NCBI RefSeq assembly: GCF_048403405.1
Contig: NZ_CP183129.1
Strand: one strand, 5' to 3'
Origin: Escherichia coli
GTDB taxonomy: Bacteria > Pseudomonadota > Gammaproteobacteria > Enterobacterales > Enterobacteriaceae
Length of the DNA: 64,000 nt
A model generated the notes under the pieces. The model did no database searches, was not told the origin of the DNA, and saw only the letters and a program-made list of their open reading frames with translations. A program made the translations under genes and the position numbers. Positions 1 to 11,335 of this stretch are shown piece by piece. Position 1 is the first letter of the stretch. Each line of letters starts with the position of its first letter.

Positions 1-527
1 AAGAAGGCTTCCGCGTCGTGCCACCAGCGGCAGTGCGTCAGGGCGCGTTCATTGCCCGTAACACCGTGCTGATGCCGTCTTACGTCAACATCGGCGCATA
101 TGTTGATGAAGGCACGATGGTTGATACCTGGGCGACCGTCGGTTCCTGTGCGCAGATTGGTAAAAACGTCCACCTTTCCGGTGGCGTGGGTATCGGCGGC
201 GTGCTGGAGCCGCTGCAGGCTAACCCGACCATTATTGAAGATAACTGCTTCATCGGCGCGCGCTCTGAAGTGGTTGAAGGGGTAATTGTCGAAGAAGGTT
301 CCGTCATCTCTATGGGCGTATACATTGGTCAGAGCACCCGTATTTACGACCGTGAAACCGGCGAAATCCACTACGGTCGCGTTCCGGCAGGATCTGTGGT
401 TGTTTCAGGCAATCTGCCGTCGAAAGATGGCAAATACAGTCTTTACTGTGCGGTTATCGTTAAGAAAGTTGACGCGAAAACTCGCGGCAAAGTCGGCATT
501 AACGAACTGCTGCGTACCATCGACTAA
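1..527 (+). CDS. dapD: Tetrahydrodipicolinate N-succinyltransferase, C-terminal part (5-prime end lies outside the window)
   Basis: ORF 18..527 is in frame with window position 3; translation ends ...[10 protein letters not shown] and shows hexapeptide-repeat character typical of DapD. Confidence 0.9.
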
Positions 528-539
528 AAGTATGCACAC

Positions 540-570
540 GGGCAGCACGACGCTGCCCGATTGCTTTCTG
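540..570 (+). terminator. Hairpin GGGCAGC-ACGAC-GCTGCCC just after the dapD stop, followed by U-rich tract; probable dapD terminator
   Basis: 7-bp perfect stem read from sequence directly downstream of stop codon at 525..527. Confidence 0.4.
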
Positions 571-839
571 GTTCAGAATAATTCGTCCTACTCATTCTTC
601 TTCCCCTTTTTTAAATACTTTTTCATCTTGTTTCGGACTGTCATGTAATTCGCAAAACAAAGATAAATGTGCTAATCCATCCCATGGAATATCGCCACAA
701 TAAAGCAGGTAATTTTTTGATTTTTACGCCATGATAGAAGTCTGGAAGAAAAAGGCTTTCTGCGATCACAGTCGAGCCGGGCGGGCCAGGCCAAATGCTA
801 AAATAAGCACAATTTACTGACTCATTTTGAGGTAACGCT

Positions 840-1226
840 ATGTACGACAATCTGAAAAGTCTGGGTATTACCAATCCTGAAGAAATTGATCGTTACAGCC
901 TCCGGCAGGAAGCCAACAACGATATTCTGAAAATCTATTTCCAGAAAGACAAAGGCGAGTTTTTCGCCAAGAGCGTGAAGTTTAAATATCCGCGTCAGCG
1001 TAAAACGGTCGTCGCCGATGGTGTGGGTCAGGGTTATAAAGAAGTGCAGGAGATTAGCCCTAATCTTCGCTATATCATTGATGAGTTAGATCAAATCTGC
1101 CAGCGTGACCGCAGCGAAGTTGATCTTAAGCGTAAGATCCTCGACGACTTACGTCATCTGGAGTCAGTAGTAACCAATAAGATCAGCGAGATTGAAGCCG
1201 ATCTGGAAAAACTGACGCGTAAATAA
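840..1226 (+). CDS. yaeH: UPF0325 family protein YaeH
   Basis: 128-aa [23 protein letters not shown]... recognised as YaeH; ATG start with upstream GAGG. Confidence 0.85.
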   Translation: MYDNLKSLGITNPEEIDRYSLRQEANNDILKIYFQKDKGEFFAKSVKFKYPRQRKTVVADGVGQGYKEVQEISPNLRYIIDELDQICQRDRSEVDLKRKILDDLRHLESVVTNKISEIEADLEKLTRK

Positions 1227-1237
1227 TGCCATTCTTT

Positions 1238-1275
1238 GGGCCGGGTAAAGTCTCACCCGGCTGTAATTTTGTCAT
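1238..1275 (+). terminator. Hairpin GCCGGGT-N8-ACCCGGC followed by TGTAATTTTGTC; yaeH terminator in convergent yaeH/cdaR gap
   Basis: 7-bp stem plus T-rich tail seen in sequence between the two stop codons. Confidence 0.5.
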
Positions 1276-1279
1276 CGAC

Positions 1280-2437
1280 CTACCGCTCTTCATCCAGTTG
1301 CAACGCCACATACAGCAGCAACCTGTCATCAAAATTGCCCAAATCCAGCCCGGTCAGTTCCGATATACGATTAAGCCGATACTCCAGAGTATTACGATGA
1401 ATAAACAGCGCCTTTGACGTAGCCAGCGGTTGCACATTGTGGCGAAACCACGCCGCCAGCGTTCGTCGCAGCAAGCCGTTATTGTCCATCGCTTTCAGCC
1501 GCGCCAGCGGTCGCGCCAGTTCGTTGGCCTGCCAGTCGCCACGCAAACTGTCGAGTAACACAGGCAACATCAGATCCTGATAAAAATAGCAGCGACTTTC
1601 TGGCATTCGCTGTTTACCCACCACCATCGTCGTTTTCGCCGTACGATAAGAGCGGGCAATACTGCCCGGTCCGGTAAAATAGTTACCCAGCGAAACGCGA
1701 AAACGCAGCTGGCCGTACTCTTTCATGCGGGTAATCAGTTGTTCAACTCGCTTACGATGATCTTCTGCATCCCAGCGCCCAAAAGAGTTCAACGCCGGTT
1801 TCAACACCACCATTTCGGTCAGCGAAACAATTGCCACCAGATTATTACGCTCAGGCGTAGTCAGCGCGTTTTGCAGTTGCTGTAACTCCGCCATTGCGCT
1901 GTCCACGCCAAGCTGACCGCTGTCGACCTCAACAATAGCCACCACTCGCGGTTGATTGAGATCGATCCCCAGCCGTTGCGCCCATTCAGTAAGTGCGGGG
2001 GTATTCTCCTCAGCCTGAATCAGGTTCATCACCAGTTCTTCCCGCAAACGGCTATCCTGCGCCAACAGGTGCATCAACCGCGACTGTTCCAGCATCATTT
2101 CAGCCGTCATGCAGACCAGTTCGCCATATTTACGCAGGTTCTCTGGTTCACCAGTCAGGCCAATTACGCCGACAATTTCACCTTCCAGCCGTAACGGTAG
2201 ATTAATCCCTTGCCGCACACCGTGCAGATGACGTGCCACCGCGTCATCGATATCGACGACTCGTCCCTGTGAAAGTACCAGCAATGCACCTTCGTGCAAT
2301 TCACCAATACGCTCACGATCGCCGCTGCCGATAATTCGCCCGCGGGCATCCATTACGTTGATATTGGTATCGATGATGCGCATGGTACGTGCCACGATAT
2401 CCTGCGCCATTTTGGTATCAAGATGCCAGCCAGCCAT
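1280..2437 (-). CDS. cdaR: Carbohydrate diacid regulator CdaR (SdaR)
   Basis: ORF 1280..2455; start set at internal Met (MAGWHLDTKMAQDIV...) giving 385 aa with GGAGGA Shine-Dalgarno upstream. Confidence 0.85.
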   Translation of the reverse strand: MAGWHLDTKMAQDIVARTMRIIDTNINVMDARGRIIGSGDRERIGELHEGALLVLSQGRVVDIDDAVARHLHGVRQGINLPLRLEGEIVGVIGLTGEPENLRKYGELVCMTAEMMLEQSRLMHLLAQDSRLREELVMNLIQAEENTPALTEWAQRLGIDLNQPRVVAIVEVDSGQLGVDSAMAELQQLQNALTTPERNNLVAIVSLTEMVVLKPALNSFGRWDAEDHRKRVEQLITRMKEYGQLRFRVSLGNYFTGPGSIARSYRTAKTTMVVGKQRMPESRCYFYQDLMLPVLLDSLRGDWQANELARPLARLKAMDNNGLLRRTLAAWFRHNVQPLATSKALFIHRNTLEYRLNRISELTGLDLGNFDDRLLLYVALQLDEER

Positions 2438-2555
2438 AAGTCCTCCGTTATGCACGGCTTAGCATAAGGAAGTACGTAACGTACGGCATTGTGCAAATGC
2501 CCAAAGGATGATGAAGATGTATGGAGTTGTGGTGAAGTTCACAGATTGTAAGGAG

Positions 2556-2583
2556 AACCCCTTCCCGTTTTCAGGAAGGGGTT
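2556..2583 (-). terminator. Hairpin (10-bp stem AACCCCTTCC/GGAAGGGGTT) downstream of degP stop; weak U-tract
   Basis: Inverted repeat read in the degP-cdaR spacer. Confidence 0.35.
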
Positions 2584-2591
2584 GAGGGAGA

Positions 2592-4016
2592 TTACTGCAT
2601 TAACAGGTAGATGGTGCTGTCGCCGCGCTGAATGTTCAGTGCCAGCACAGATGGTTTGCTGTCGAGAACTTTACGCAGTTCAGCGATGTTTTTCACTGCC
2701 TGCTGGTTCGCGCCAATAATCACATCACCTTTTTTCAGGCCGATCTGCGCAGCCGGAGTGCCCGTTTTCACGTTGTTCACTACCACGCCCTGATCTTTGC
2801 CTTTGTTGCTCATCTCAGCGCCTTCAATGCCGTTGAAGATGGAGCTGGAATCAACCTGATTCTGGCTGCTCTGCTGCAGTTCCAGGTTCACGTTAACCTG
2901 CTTACCGTCGCGCAGTAAGCCCAGGGTCAGTTTGCTGCCCACCGGCATAGTACCCACCTGAGCACGCAGGGCGGCAAAGCTGCTGATCGGCTTACCGTTC
3001 AGTGAGGTGATCACATCACCCGCTTTAATGCCCGCTTTTGCAGCGGAGGAATTAGGCAGAACCTGGCTTACGAAAGCACCGCGCTGGGCGTCAACTTTCA
3101 TCGCTTTCGCCAGTTCAGAGTTCAGCTCAGTCCCCATAATACCCAGCTCACCGCGTTTCACCTGGCCGTATTCCACCATCTGCGAGGTCAGGTTTTTCAC
3201 CATGTTACTCGGGATAGCAAAACCGATACCGATGTTGCCGCCGTCCGGTGCGAGGATCGCGGTGTTGATACCGATCAGTTCGCCGTTCAGGTTAACCAGC
3301 GCACCACCGGAGTTACCACGGTTGATCGCTGCATCGGTCTGGATGAAGTTTTCGTAGTTTTCAGCATTCAGGCCGCTACGCCCCAGCGCAGAGACAATCC
3401 CGGAAGTTACCGTCTCGCCCAGACCAAACGGGTTACCAATCGCTACGGTGTAATCACCCACGCGCAGTGCATCAGAATCCGCCATCTTAATTGCGGTCAG
3501 ATTTTTCGGGTTCTGGATCTGGATCAGCGCGATATCAGAGCGCGGATCTTTGCCAACCATCTTCGCGTCGAACTTACGACCATCGCTCAGCTGGACTTTA
3601 ATCACCGTCGCGTTATCAACAACGTGGTTGTTGGTGACAACATAGCCTTTATCGGCATCAATGATGACGCCGGAACCCAGCGCCATGAATTTCTGTTGCT
3701 GGCCGCCGCCATTACCGCCCTGGCCCCCCTGGCAGAACGGAGAGCTCTGGAACGGAGAACCTTCCTGGCAGAACGGAGAATCATCACCGAAGAACTGCTG
3801 GAAATTACGCGGCATACGCGGCGTATTAACGGTTGTGCTACCTTCTACGTTAATGCTGACCACTGAAGGCATCACCTTTTCGAGCATCGGTGCAAGGCTT
3901 GGCATCTGCTGGGCTGTCGTTGCTGAAGAAGTCTCAGCCGCCGTTGCAGAGAGCGGAGATAACGCCAAACCTAAACTCAGAGCCAGTGCACTCAGTGCTA
4001 ATGTGGTTTTTTTCAT
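2592..4016 (-). CDS. degP: Periplasmic serine endoprotease DegP (HtrA)
   Basis: 474-aa ORF with signal peptide, GNSGG serine-protease motif and two PDZ-like C-terminal regions; recognised as DegP. Confidence 0.95.
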   Translation of the reverse strand: MKKTTLALSALALSLGLALSPLSATAAETSSATTAQQMPSLAPMLEKVMPSVVSINVEGSTTVNTPRMPRNFQQFFGDDSPFCQEGSPFQSSPFCQGGQGGNGGGQQQKFMALGSGVIIDADKGYVVTNNHVVDNATVIKVQLSDGRKFDAKMVGKDPRSDIALIQIQNPKNLTAIKMADSDALRVGDYTVAIGNPFGLGETVTSGIVSALGRSGLNAENYENFIQTDAAINRGNSGGALVNLNGELIGINTAILAPDGGNIGIGFAIPSNMVKNLTSQMVEYGQVKRGELGIMGTELNSELAKAMKVDAQRGAFVSQVLPNSSAAKAGIKAGDVITSLNGKPISSFAALRAQVGTMPVGSKLTLGLLRDGKQVNVNLELQQSSQNQVDSSSIFNGIEGAEMSNKGKDQGVVVNNVKTGTPAAQIGLKKGDVIIGANQQAVKNIAELRKVLDSKPSVLALNIQRGDSTIYLLMQ

Positions 4017-4061
4017 GTATTTCAGTCTCGATTAACAGATAACGCAAAATTGCTGTGTTCT

Positions 4062-4089
4062 TCAGATTCGTTTTATAGCGCGAAGTTCC
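4062..4089 (-). promoter_or_regulatory. Sigma-E dependent degP promoter (GGAACTT-N16-TCTGA on minus strand)
   Basis: Motif GGAACTT...TCTGA read about 45-70 nt upstream of degP ATG; matches the classical sigma-E promoter pattern; GTAAA-like CpxR half-sites lie just upstream (about 4110..4140). Confidence 0.6.
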
Positions 4090-4145
4090 GAACTAAAGTT
4101 TCTGCAAAAGGTAAAAATTTATTGTTCGTCTTTACAAAAGCCTGG

Positions 4146-5663
4146 TTATTGTTCTACGGCCATCAGACGTCGGTATTCATCCCAGGCATAGAGGTCGGTC
4201 ATACCGCTGATATAATCCTGCAGCAGGCGGCAACGGTAATAATATTCCCATAGCGGAAACTCAGGAGAATCTGACGGTAATTTACTGACAGCCTCGACAT
4301 AGGCCAGCCGATGGCGCGTCGAGAGTTTGTTGAATAAGCGCGATTCAATAGGGAAACGTTTCACCCGTTCTTTTTCTACCAGTTCAGTAAAGTCTGATAA
4401 CGACAGGCTTAATAAAGGGCGATAAATCTCTAATAATCCGCTAATGACCCGATAGCCCTGCAATTCAAGCTGCTCGACATCTGGATGGCTAAACACATGT
4501 TTTACAGCGACATTTTTATATAACTTTAGAAGATCGCTGCATTCGCTGGCATCTTCCAATAATGCATGATTAAACGTTCCGGCGAAAATCGCAGGCAGAT
4601 TATCAATAAATCGTTGTGCCGCGTAGGGTACCAGTTTATTTAGGGTGTTTACCCGTAAATACATAAAAAACTGATCTTCCGTACTGCGGCTTAAACTATT
4701 TGAGCGTGATTTTTCCCAGGCATTTTCAACCACCAGCGAAAAGAGCGAACCTTTCTCATGCTGGCCCCACGCTTCGTGCAAATGATGATAAAGCTGCTCA
4801 ACGGTAAATATTCTTTTCTCTACCGCATCTTCAAGGTCTGCCACACAATAGGAGATGTCGTCGGCAGCTTCCATAATCCACGTTAATGGAAAACGACTGT
4901 AAAGCGCCAAATTAAGTTCTTTACGCAACCGGGCAATATAGGCTTCTTCAGAAAGATAATAACCCGGCTTTTTCATTAAATAGTGATGTGTCTCAGGCGT
5001 TTCGCCACGCCACCACGCCGGACGAGTATATTTTAAAATACCGCCAACCTGTGCCCAGGTGAGATTCATCCGCATCAATGTATGCACCAGGCGAATGCCT
5101 TGTGCATTCCCCTCAAAATGACATAAGTCCTGACGAATCTTGCGCCGCAGCTCGTTAAGCGGTTCTTCCCCGTCCCGTAAACGTAGTGCCGCCACGCTGC
5201 AGCGATCGTCAGTCAGAGGCTGGCTTTCGGCATCTTCCGGGTGCAAACGTTGGCGAAACCAGTCATTTATCGCTGCTTCGCCAAAATGACCAAACGGCGG
5301 ATTGCCGATATCGTGCATCAGGCATGACATCTCAACAATGCTTTCAAAGGGGCCGGTCAGTTCATCCAGGCCGTATGCTTCCAGCAATTTAAGCTCTTTC
5401 AGACGGCTTAAAATTTCTTTGGCGATGTAGCGCCCCACCTGCTGGACTTCCATTGAGTGGGTAAGACGCGTGCGCACGGCGGCATTGCGCTCCAGTGGAA
5501 AAACCTGGGTCTTTTGTTGCAGACGACGAATTGCCGGAGAGTTGATGATACGCCCGCGATCGCTCTCGAAGATTCGCAGGATCTCATGTTCGGTTTTAAC
5601 GCCCTGTGGTGAACGGTAACGACGATGCCAGTTTATTTTTTTTCGGAAATCAATCTGTGCCAT
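4146..5663 (-). CDS. dgt: dGTP triphosphohydrolase
   Basis: 505-aa [24 protein letters not shown]... with HD-domain motifs; recognised as Dgt. Confidence 0.9.
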   Translation of the reverse strand: MAQIDFRKKINWHRRYRSPQGVKTEHEILRIFESDRGRIINSPAIRRLQQKTQVFPLERNAAVRTRLTHSMEVQQVGRYIAKEILSRLKELKLLEAYGLDELTGPFESIVEMSCLMHDIGNPPFGHFGEAAINDWFRQRLHPEDAESQPLTDDRCSVAALRLRDGEEPLNELRRKIRQDLCHFEGNAQGIRLVHTLMRMNLTWAQVGGILKYTRPAWWRGETPETHHYLMKKPGYYLSEEAYIARLRKELNLALYSRFPLTWIMEAADDISYCVADLEDAVEKRIFTVEQLYHHLHEAWGQHEKGSLFSLVVENAWEKSRSNSLSRSTEDQFFMYLRVNTLNKLVPYAAQRFIDNLPAIFAGTFNHALLEDASECSDLLKLYKNVAVKHVFSHPDVEQLELQGYRVISGLLEIYRPLLSLSLSDFTELVEKERVKRFPIESRLFNKLSTRHRLAYVEAVSKLPSDSPEFPLWEYYYRCRLLQDYISGMTDLYAWDEYRRLMAVEQ

Positions 5664-5746
5664 GTCCTCTCCCGCGTGAGAAATACGCTTCCCCGTAAGC
5701 GCATGGTAAACTATGCCTTCAAATCGGGCTTATCGCGAGTAAATCT

Positions 5747-6445
5747 ATGAAAATCGGCATCATTGGTGCAATGGAAGAAGAAGTTACGCTGCTGCGTGAC
5801 AAAATCGAAAACCGTCAAACTATCAGTCTCGGCGGTTGCGAAATCTATACCGGCCAACTGAATGGAACCGAGGTTGCGCTTCTGAAATCGGGCATCGGTA
5901 AAGTCGCTGCGGCGCTGGGTGCCACTCTGCTGTTGGAACACTGCAAGCCAGATGTGATTATTAACACCGGTTCTGCCGGTGGCCTGGCACCAACGCTGAA
6001 AGTGGGCGATATCGTTGTCTCGGACGAAGCACGTTATCACGACGCGGATGTCACGGCATTTGGTTATGAATACGGTCAGTTACCAGGCTGTCCGGCAGGC
6101 TTTAAAGCTGACGATAAACTGATCGCTGCCGCTGAGGCCTGCATTGCCGAACTGAATCTTAACGCTGTACGTGGCCTGATTGTTAGCGGCGACGCATTCA
6201 TCAACGGTTCTGTTGGTCTGGCGAAAATCCGCCACAACTTCCCACAGGCCATTGCTGTAGAGATGGAAGCGACGGCAATCGCCCATGTCTGCCACAATTT
6301 CAACGTCCCGTTTGTCGTAGTACGCGCCATCTCCGACGTGGCCGATCAACAGTCTCATCTTAGCTTCGATGAGTTCCTGGCTGTTGCCGCTAAACAGTCC
6401 AGCCTGATGGTTGAGTCACTGGTACAGAAACTGGCACATGGCTAA
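5747..6445 (+). CDS. mtnN: 5-prime-methylthioadenosine/S-adenosylhomocysteine nucleosidase
   Basis: 232-aa [23 protein letters not shown]... recognised as Mtn/Pfs. Confidence 0.9.
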   Translation: MKIGIIGAMEEEVTLLRDKIENRQTISLGGCEIYTGQLNGTEVALLKSGIGKVAAALGATLLLEHCKPDVIINTGSAGGLAPTLKVGDIVVSDEARYHDADVTAFGYEYGQLPGCPAGFKADDKLIAAAEACIAELNLNAVRGLIVSGDAFINGSVGLAKIRHNFPQAIAVEMEATAIAHVCHNFNVPFVVVRAISDVADQQSHLSFDEFLAVAAKQSSLMVESLVQKLAHG

Positions 6446-7238
6446 GTCACTGTTCAGGGCGCTGGTCGCCCTGTCTTTTCTCGCGCCGCTGTGGCTCAAC
6501 GCCGCGCCGCGCGTCATCACGCTTTCTCCCGCCAACACTGAACTCGCCTTTGCCGCCGGGATCACGCCGGTTGGGGTCAGCAGCTATTCCGACTATCCTC
6601 CACAAGCGCAAAAGATTGAGCAGGTTTCCACCTGGCAGGGGATGAATCTGGAACGCATTGTCGCGCTGAAACCCGATCTGGTGATTGCCTGGCGTGGAGG
6701 TAATGCCGAGCGGCAGGTTGACCAGCTGGCTTCGCTGGGAATAAAAGTGATGTGGGTCGATGCGACAAGCATTGAACAAATTGCCAATGCGTTACGTCAA
6801 CTGGCCCCCTGGAGTCCGCAACCAGACAAGGCCGAACAAGCCGCGCAATCCCTGCTGGATCAGTACGCGCAATTGAAAGCGCAATATGCTGATAAACCTA
6901 AAAAACGTGTTTTTCTGCAATTCGGCATTAATCCGCCATTTACCAGTGGAAAAGAGTCGATTCAGAACCAGGTACTCGAAGTTTGTGGCGGAGAAAACAT
7001 CTTTAAAGATAGCCGGGTTCCCTGGCCGCAAGTTAGCCGCGAACAGGTGTTAGCACGCGCGCCACAGGCGATAGTCATTACAGGCGGACCGGACCAAATT
7101 CCTAAAATCAAACAATACTGGGGTGAACAGCTCAAAATTCCCGTTATTCCTCTCACGAGTGACTGGTTTGAACGTGCAAGCCCACGTATTATCCTCGCTG
7201 CACAACAGCTCTGTAATGCGCTTTCACAGGTAGATTAG
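6438..7238 (+). CDS. btuF: Vitamin B12-binding periplasmic protein BtuF
   Basis: ORF 6411..7238; start at internal Met [22 protein letters not shown] (signal peptide), 266 aa; overlaps mtnN stop by 8 nt. Confidence 0.9.
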   Translation: MAKSLFRALVALSFLAPLWLNAAPRVITLSPANTELAFAAGITPVGVSSYSDYPPQAQKIEQVSTWQGMNLERIVALKPDLVIAWRGGNAERQVDQLASLGIKVMWVDATSIEQIANALRQLAPWSPQPDKAEQAAQSLLDQYAQLKAQYADKPKKRVFLQFGINPPFTSGKESIQNQVLEVCGGENIFKDSRVPWPQVSREQVLARAPQAIVITGGPDQIPKIKQYWGEQLKIPVIPLTSDWFERASPRIILAAQQLCNALSQVD

Positions 7239-7275
7239 CGCCTGACCTTTTCAGGTGCTCAGTGGGGATTGAACA

Positions 7276-7899
7276 ATGCTCGTCTATTGGCTGGATATAG
7301 TCGGCACAGCGGTATTTGCCATCTCCGGCGTTTTGTTAGCCGGAAAATTGCGTATGGACCCTTTTGGTGTTCTGGTACTGGGCGTGGTTACCGCAGTAGG
7401 CGGCGGGACAATTCGCGACATGGCGCTGGATCACGGCCCGGTATTTTGGGTGAAAGATCCCACCGATCTGGTCGTTGCAATGGTCACCAGCATGCTGACC
7501 ATCGTGCTGGTGCGCCAGCCAAGACGCTTACCAAAATGGATGTTGCCGGTGCTGGACGCCGTTGGTCTGGCGGTGTTTGTCGGCATTGGCGTGAATAAAG
7601 CCTTTAATGCGGAAGCCGGTCCGTTAATCGCGGTTTGTATGGGCGTCATTACTGGCGTTGGCGGCGGGATCATTCGTGATGTACTGGCCCGCGAAATCCC
7701 CATGATTTTACGTACAGAAATTTACGCAACTGCCTGTATTATCGGCGGTATTGTCCACGCTACGGCTTATTACACATTTTCCGTACCACTGGAAACAGCC
7801 AGTATGATGGGCATGGTCGTGACGCTATTGATTCGGCTGGCGGCTATTCGTTGGCATCTTAAGCTACCGACGTTTGCGCTGGATGAGAATGGGCGTTGA
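7276..7899 (+). CDS. yadS: Inner membrane protein YadS (UPF0126 family)
   Basis: 207-aa hydrophobic ORF in conserved position between btuF and erpA. Confidence 0.8.
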   Translation: MLVYWLDIVGTAVFAISGVLLAGKLRMDPFGVLVLGVVTAVGGGTIRDMALDHGPVFWVKDPTDLVVAMVTSMLTIVLVRQPRRLPKWMLPVLDAVGLAVFVGIGVNKAFNAEAGPLIAVCMGVITGVGGGIIRDVLAREIPMILRTEIYATACIIGGIVHATAYYTFSVPLETASMMGMVVTLLIRLAAIRWHLKLPTFALDENGR

Positions 7900-7908
7900 A
7901 GAGAGAAG

Positions 7909-7935
7909 ATGTGCCGGATAGTTTATCCGGCACAT
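7909..7935. terminator. REP-like palindrome TGCCGGATA-N-TATCCGGCA between convergent yadS and erpA
   Basis: Perfect inverted repeat read in the 46-bp convergent spacer. Confidence 0.4.
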
Positions 7936-7945
7936 GAACAACAGA

Positions 7946-8290
7946 TTAGATGCTAAAGGAAGAACCGCAACCGCAGGTGCTTTTCGCGTTCGGGTTGGTC
8001 ACGATGAAACGAGAACCTTCCAGACCTTCGGTATAGTCAACGGAACCGCCGACCAGATATTGCAGGCTCATCGGATCAACCACCAGGCCAACGCCCTGTT
8101 TTTCGATGGTCATATCGCCTTCGTTCACCTGATCATCAAAGGTGAAACCATACTGGAAGCCGCTGCAACCGCCACCGGTGATATACACGCGTAATTTCAG
8201 ATTCGGGTTATCTTCGTCAGCGATCAGGCTTTTAACTTTGTTGGCTGCTGCGTCGGTAAACTCCAGCGGCAGTGCTACGTCATCACTCAT
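7946..8290 (-). CDS. erpA: Iron-sulfur cluster insertion protein ErpA
   Basis: ORF 7946..8323; start at [13 protein letters not shown] giving 114 aa; C-terminal CGCGSSF Fe-S carrier motif. Confidence 0.9.
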
Positions 8291-8371
8291 ATTTTGCTCC
8301 AAACGACATCGGCAATTGGGCAAATTCTAACCCAATAATAATCGCCATTATCTAATACCCTGGTATTTCGT

Positions 8372-9811
<1,440 letters not shown>

Positions 9812-10017
9812 TCATACAAATAAGATGACGGCATTTTACTCGCACGTTCCATGAAAATCCTTTGCAAAGCGTAATGTTTCAAATGCACAAAACTTTTATA
9901 CTCTAAGAAATCAGGATTGCACCAGTACAAGCAGCCTGATGTTTGACGAGTATTTAACTTGTTATGAATAACATAGAATAGCAGCCATTCACTTTTTCTA
10001 CGAATCAGGAACCCTCC

Positions 10018-11298
10018 ATGAGTAAGTCTGAAAATCTTTACAGCGCAGCGCGCGAGCTGATCCCTGGCGGTGTGAACTCCCCTGTTCGCGCCTTTACTGG
10101 CGTGGGCGGCACTCCACTGTTTATCGAAAAAGCGGACGGCGCTTATCTGTACGATGTTGATGGCAAAGCCTATATCGATTATGTCGGTTCCTGGGGGCCG
10201 ATGGTGCTGGGCCATAACCATCCGGCGATCCGCAATGCCGTGATTGAAGCCGCCGAGCGTGGTTTAAGCTTTGGTGCACCAACCGAAATGGAAGTGAAAA
10301 TGGCGCAACTGGTGACCGAACTGGTCCCGACCATGGATATGGTGCGCATGGTGAACTCCGGCACTGAAGCGACCATGAGCGCCATCCGCCTGGCCCGTGG
10401 TTTTACCGGTCGCGACAAAATTATTAAATTTGAAGGTTGTTACCACGGTCACGCTGACTGCCTGCTGGTGAAAGCCGGTTCTGGCGCACTCACGTTAGGC
10501 CAGCCAAACTCGCCGGGCGTTCCGGCAGATTTCGCCAAACATACCTTAACCTGTACTTATAACGATCTGGCTTCTGTACGCGCAGCGTTCGAACAGTACC
10601 CGCAAGAGATTGCCTGTATTATCGTCGAGCCGGTGGCAGGCAATATGAACTGCGTTCCACCGCTGCCAGAGTTCCTGCCAGGTCTGCGCGCGCTGTGCGA
10701 CGAATTTGGCGCGTTGCTGATCATCGATGAAGTGATGACCGGTTTCCGCGTAGCGCTAGCTGGCGCACAAGATTATTACGGTGTGGAACCGGATCTCACC
10801 TGCCTCGGCAAAATCATCGGCGGTGGAATGCCGGTAGGCGCATTCGGTGGTCGTCGTGATGTAATGGATGCGCTGGCCCCGACCGGTCCGGTCTATCAGG
10901 CGGGTACGCTTTCCGGTAACCCGATTGCGATGGCTGCTGGTTTCGCCTGTCTGAATGAAGTCGCGCAGCCGGGCGTTCACGAAACGCTGGATGAGCTGAC
11001 AACACGTCTGGCAGAAGGTCTGCTGGAAGCGGCAGAAGAGGCCGGAATTCCGCTGGTGGTAAACCACGTTGGCGGCATGTTCGGTATTTTCTTTACCGAC
11101 GCCGGGTCCGTGACGTGCTATCAGGATGTAATGGCCTGTGACGTGGAACGCTTTAAGCGTTTCTTCCATATGATGCTGGATGAAGGTGTTTATCTGGCAC
11201 CGTCAGCGTTTGAAGCGGGCTTTATGTCCGTGGCGCACAGCATGGAAGATATCAATAACACCATCGATGCTGCACGTCGGGTGTTTGCGAAGTTGTGA
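10018..11298 (+). CDS. hemL: Glutamate-1-semialdehyde 2,1-aminomutase
   Basis: 426-aa [29 protein letters not shown]... recognised as HemL. Confidence 0.95.
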   Translation: MSKSENLYSAARELIPGGVNSPVRAFTGVGGTPLFIEKADGAYLYDVDGKAYIDYVGSWGPMVLGHNHPAIRNAVIEAAERGLSFGAPTEMEVKMAQLVTELVPTMDMVRMVNSGTEATMSAIRLARGFTGRDKIIKFEGCYHGHADCLLVKAGSGALTLGQPNSPGVPADFAKHTLTCTYNDLASVRAAFEQYPQEIACIIVEPVAGNMNCVPPLPEFLPGLRALCDEFGALLIIDEVMTGFRVALAGAQDYYGVEPDLTCLGKIIGGGMPVGAFGGRRDVMDALAPTGPVYQAGTLSGNPIAMAAGFACLNEVAQPGVHETLDELTTRLAEGLLEAAEEAGIPLVVNHVGGMFGIFFTDAGSVTCYQDVMACDVERFKRFFHMMLDEGVYLAPSAFEAGFMSVAHSMEDINNTIDAARRVFAKL

Positions 11299-11305
11299 TG
11301 ATTTT

Positions 11306-11335
11306 GCCTCGCCCACCGGGCGAGGCATTCTATTA
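11306..11335. terminator. Bidirectional rho-independent terminator (GCCTCGCCC-ACC-GGGCGAGGC) shared by hemL and fhuB
   Basis: 9-bp GC stem flanked by A/T runs on both sides, in the 34-bp convergent spacer. Confidence 0.55.

Noticed and set aside
641-874. 77-aa minus-strand ORF in the dapD-yaeH gap, considered as a yaeI remnant
   Set aside because: No metallophosphoesterase motifs; overlaps the yaeH start and promoter; probably spurious
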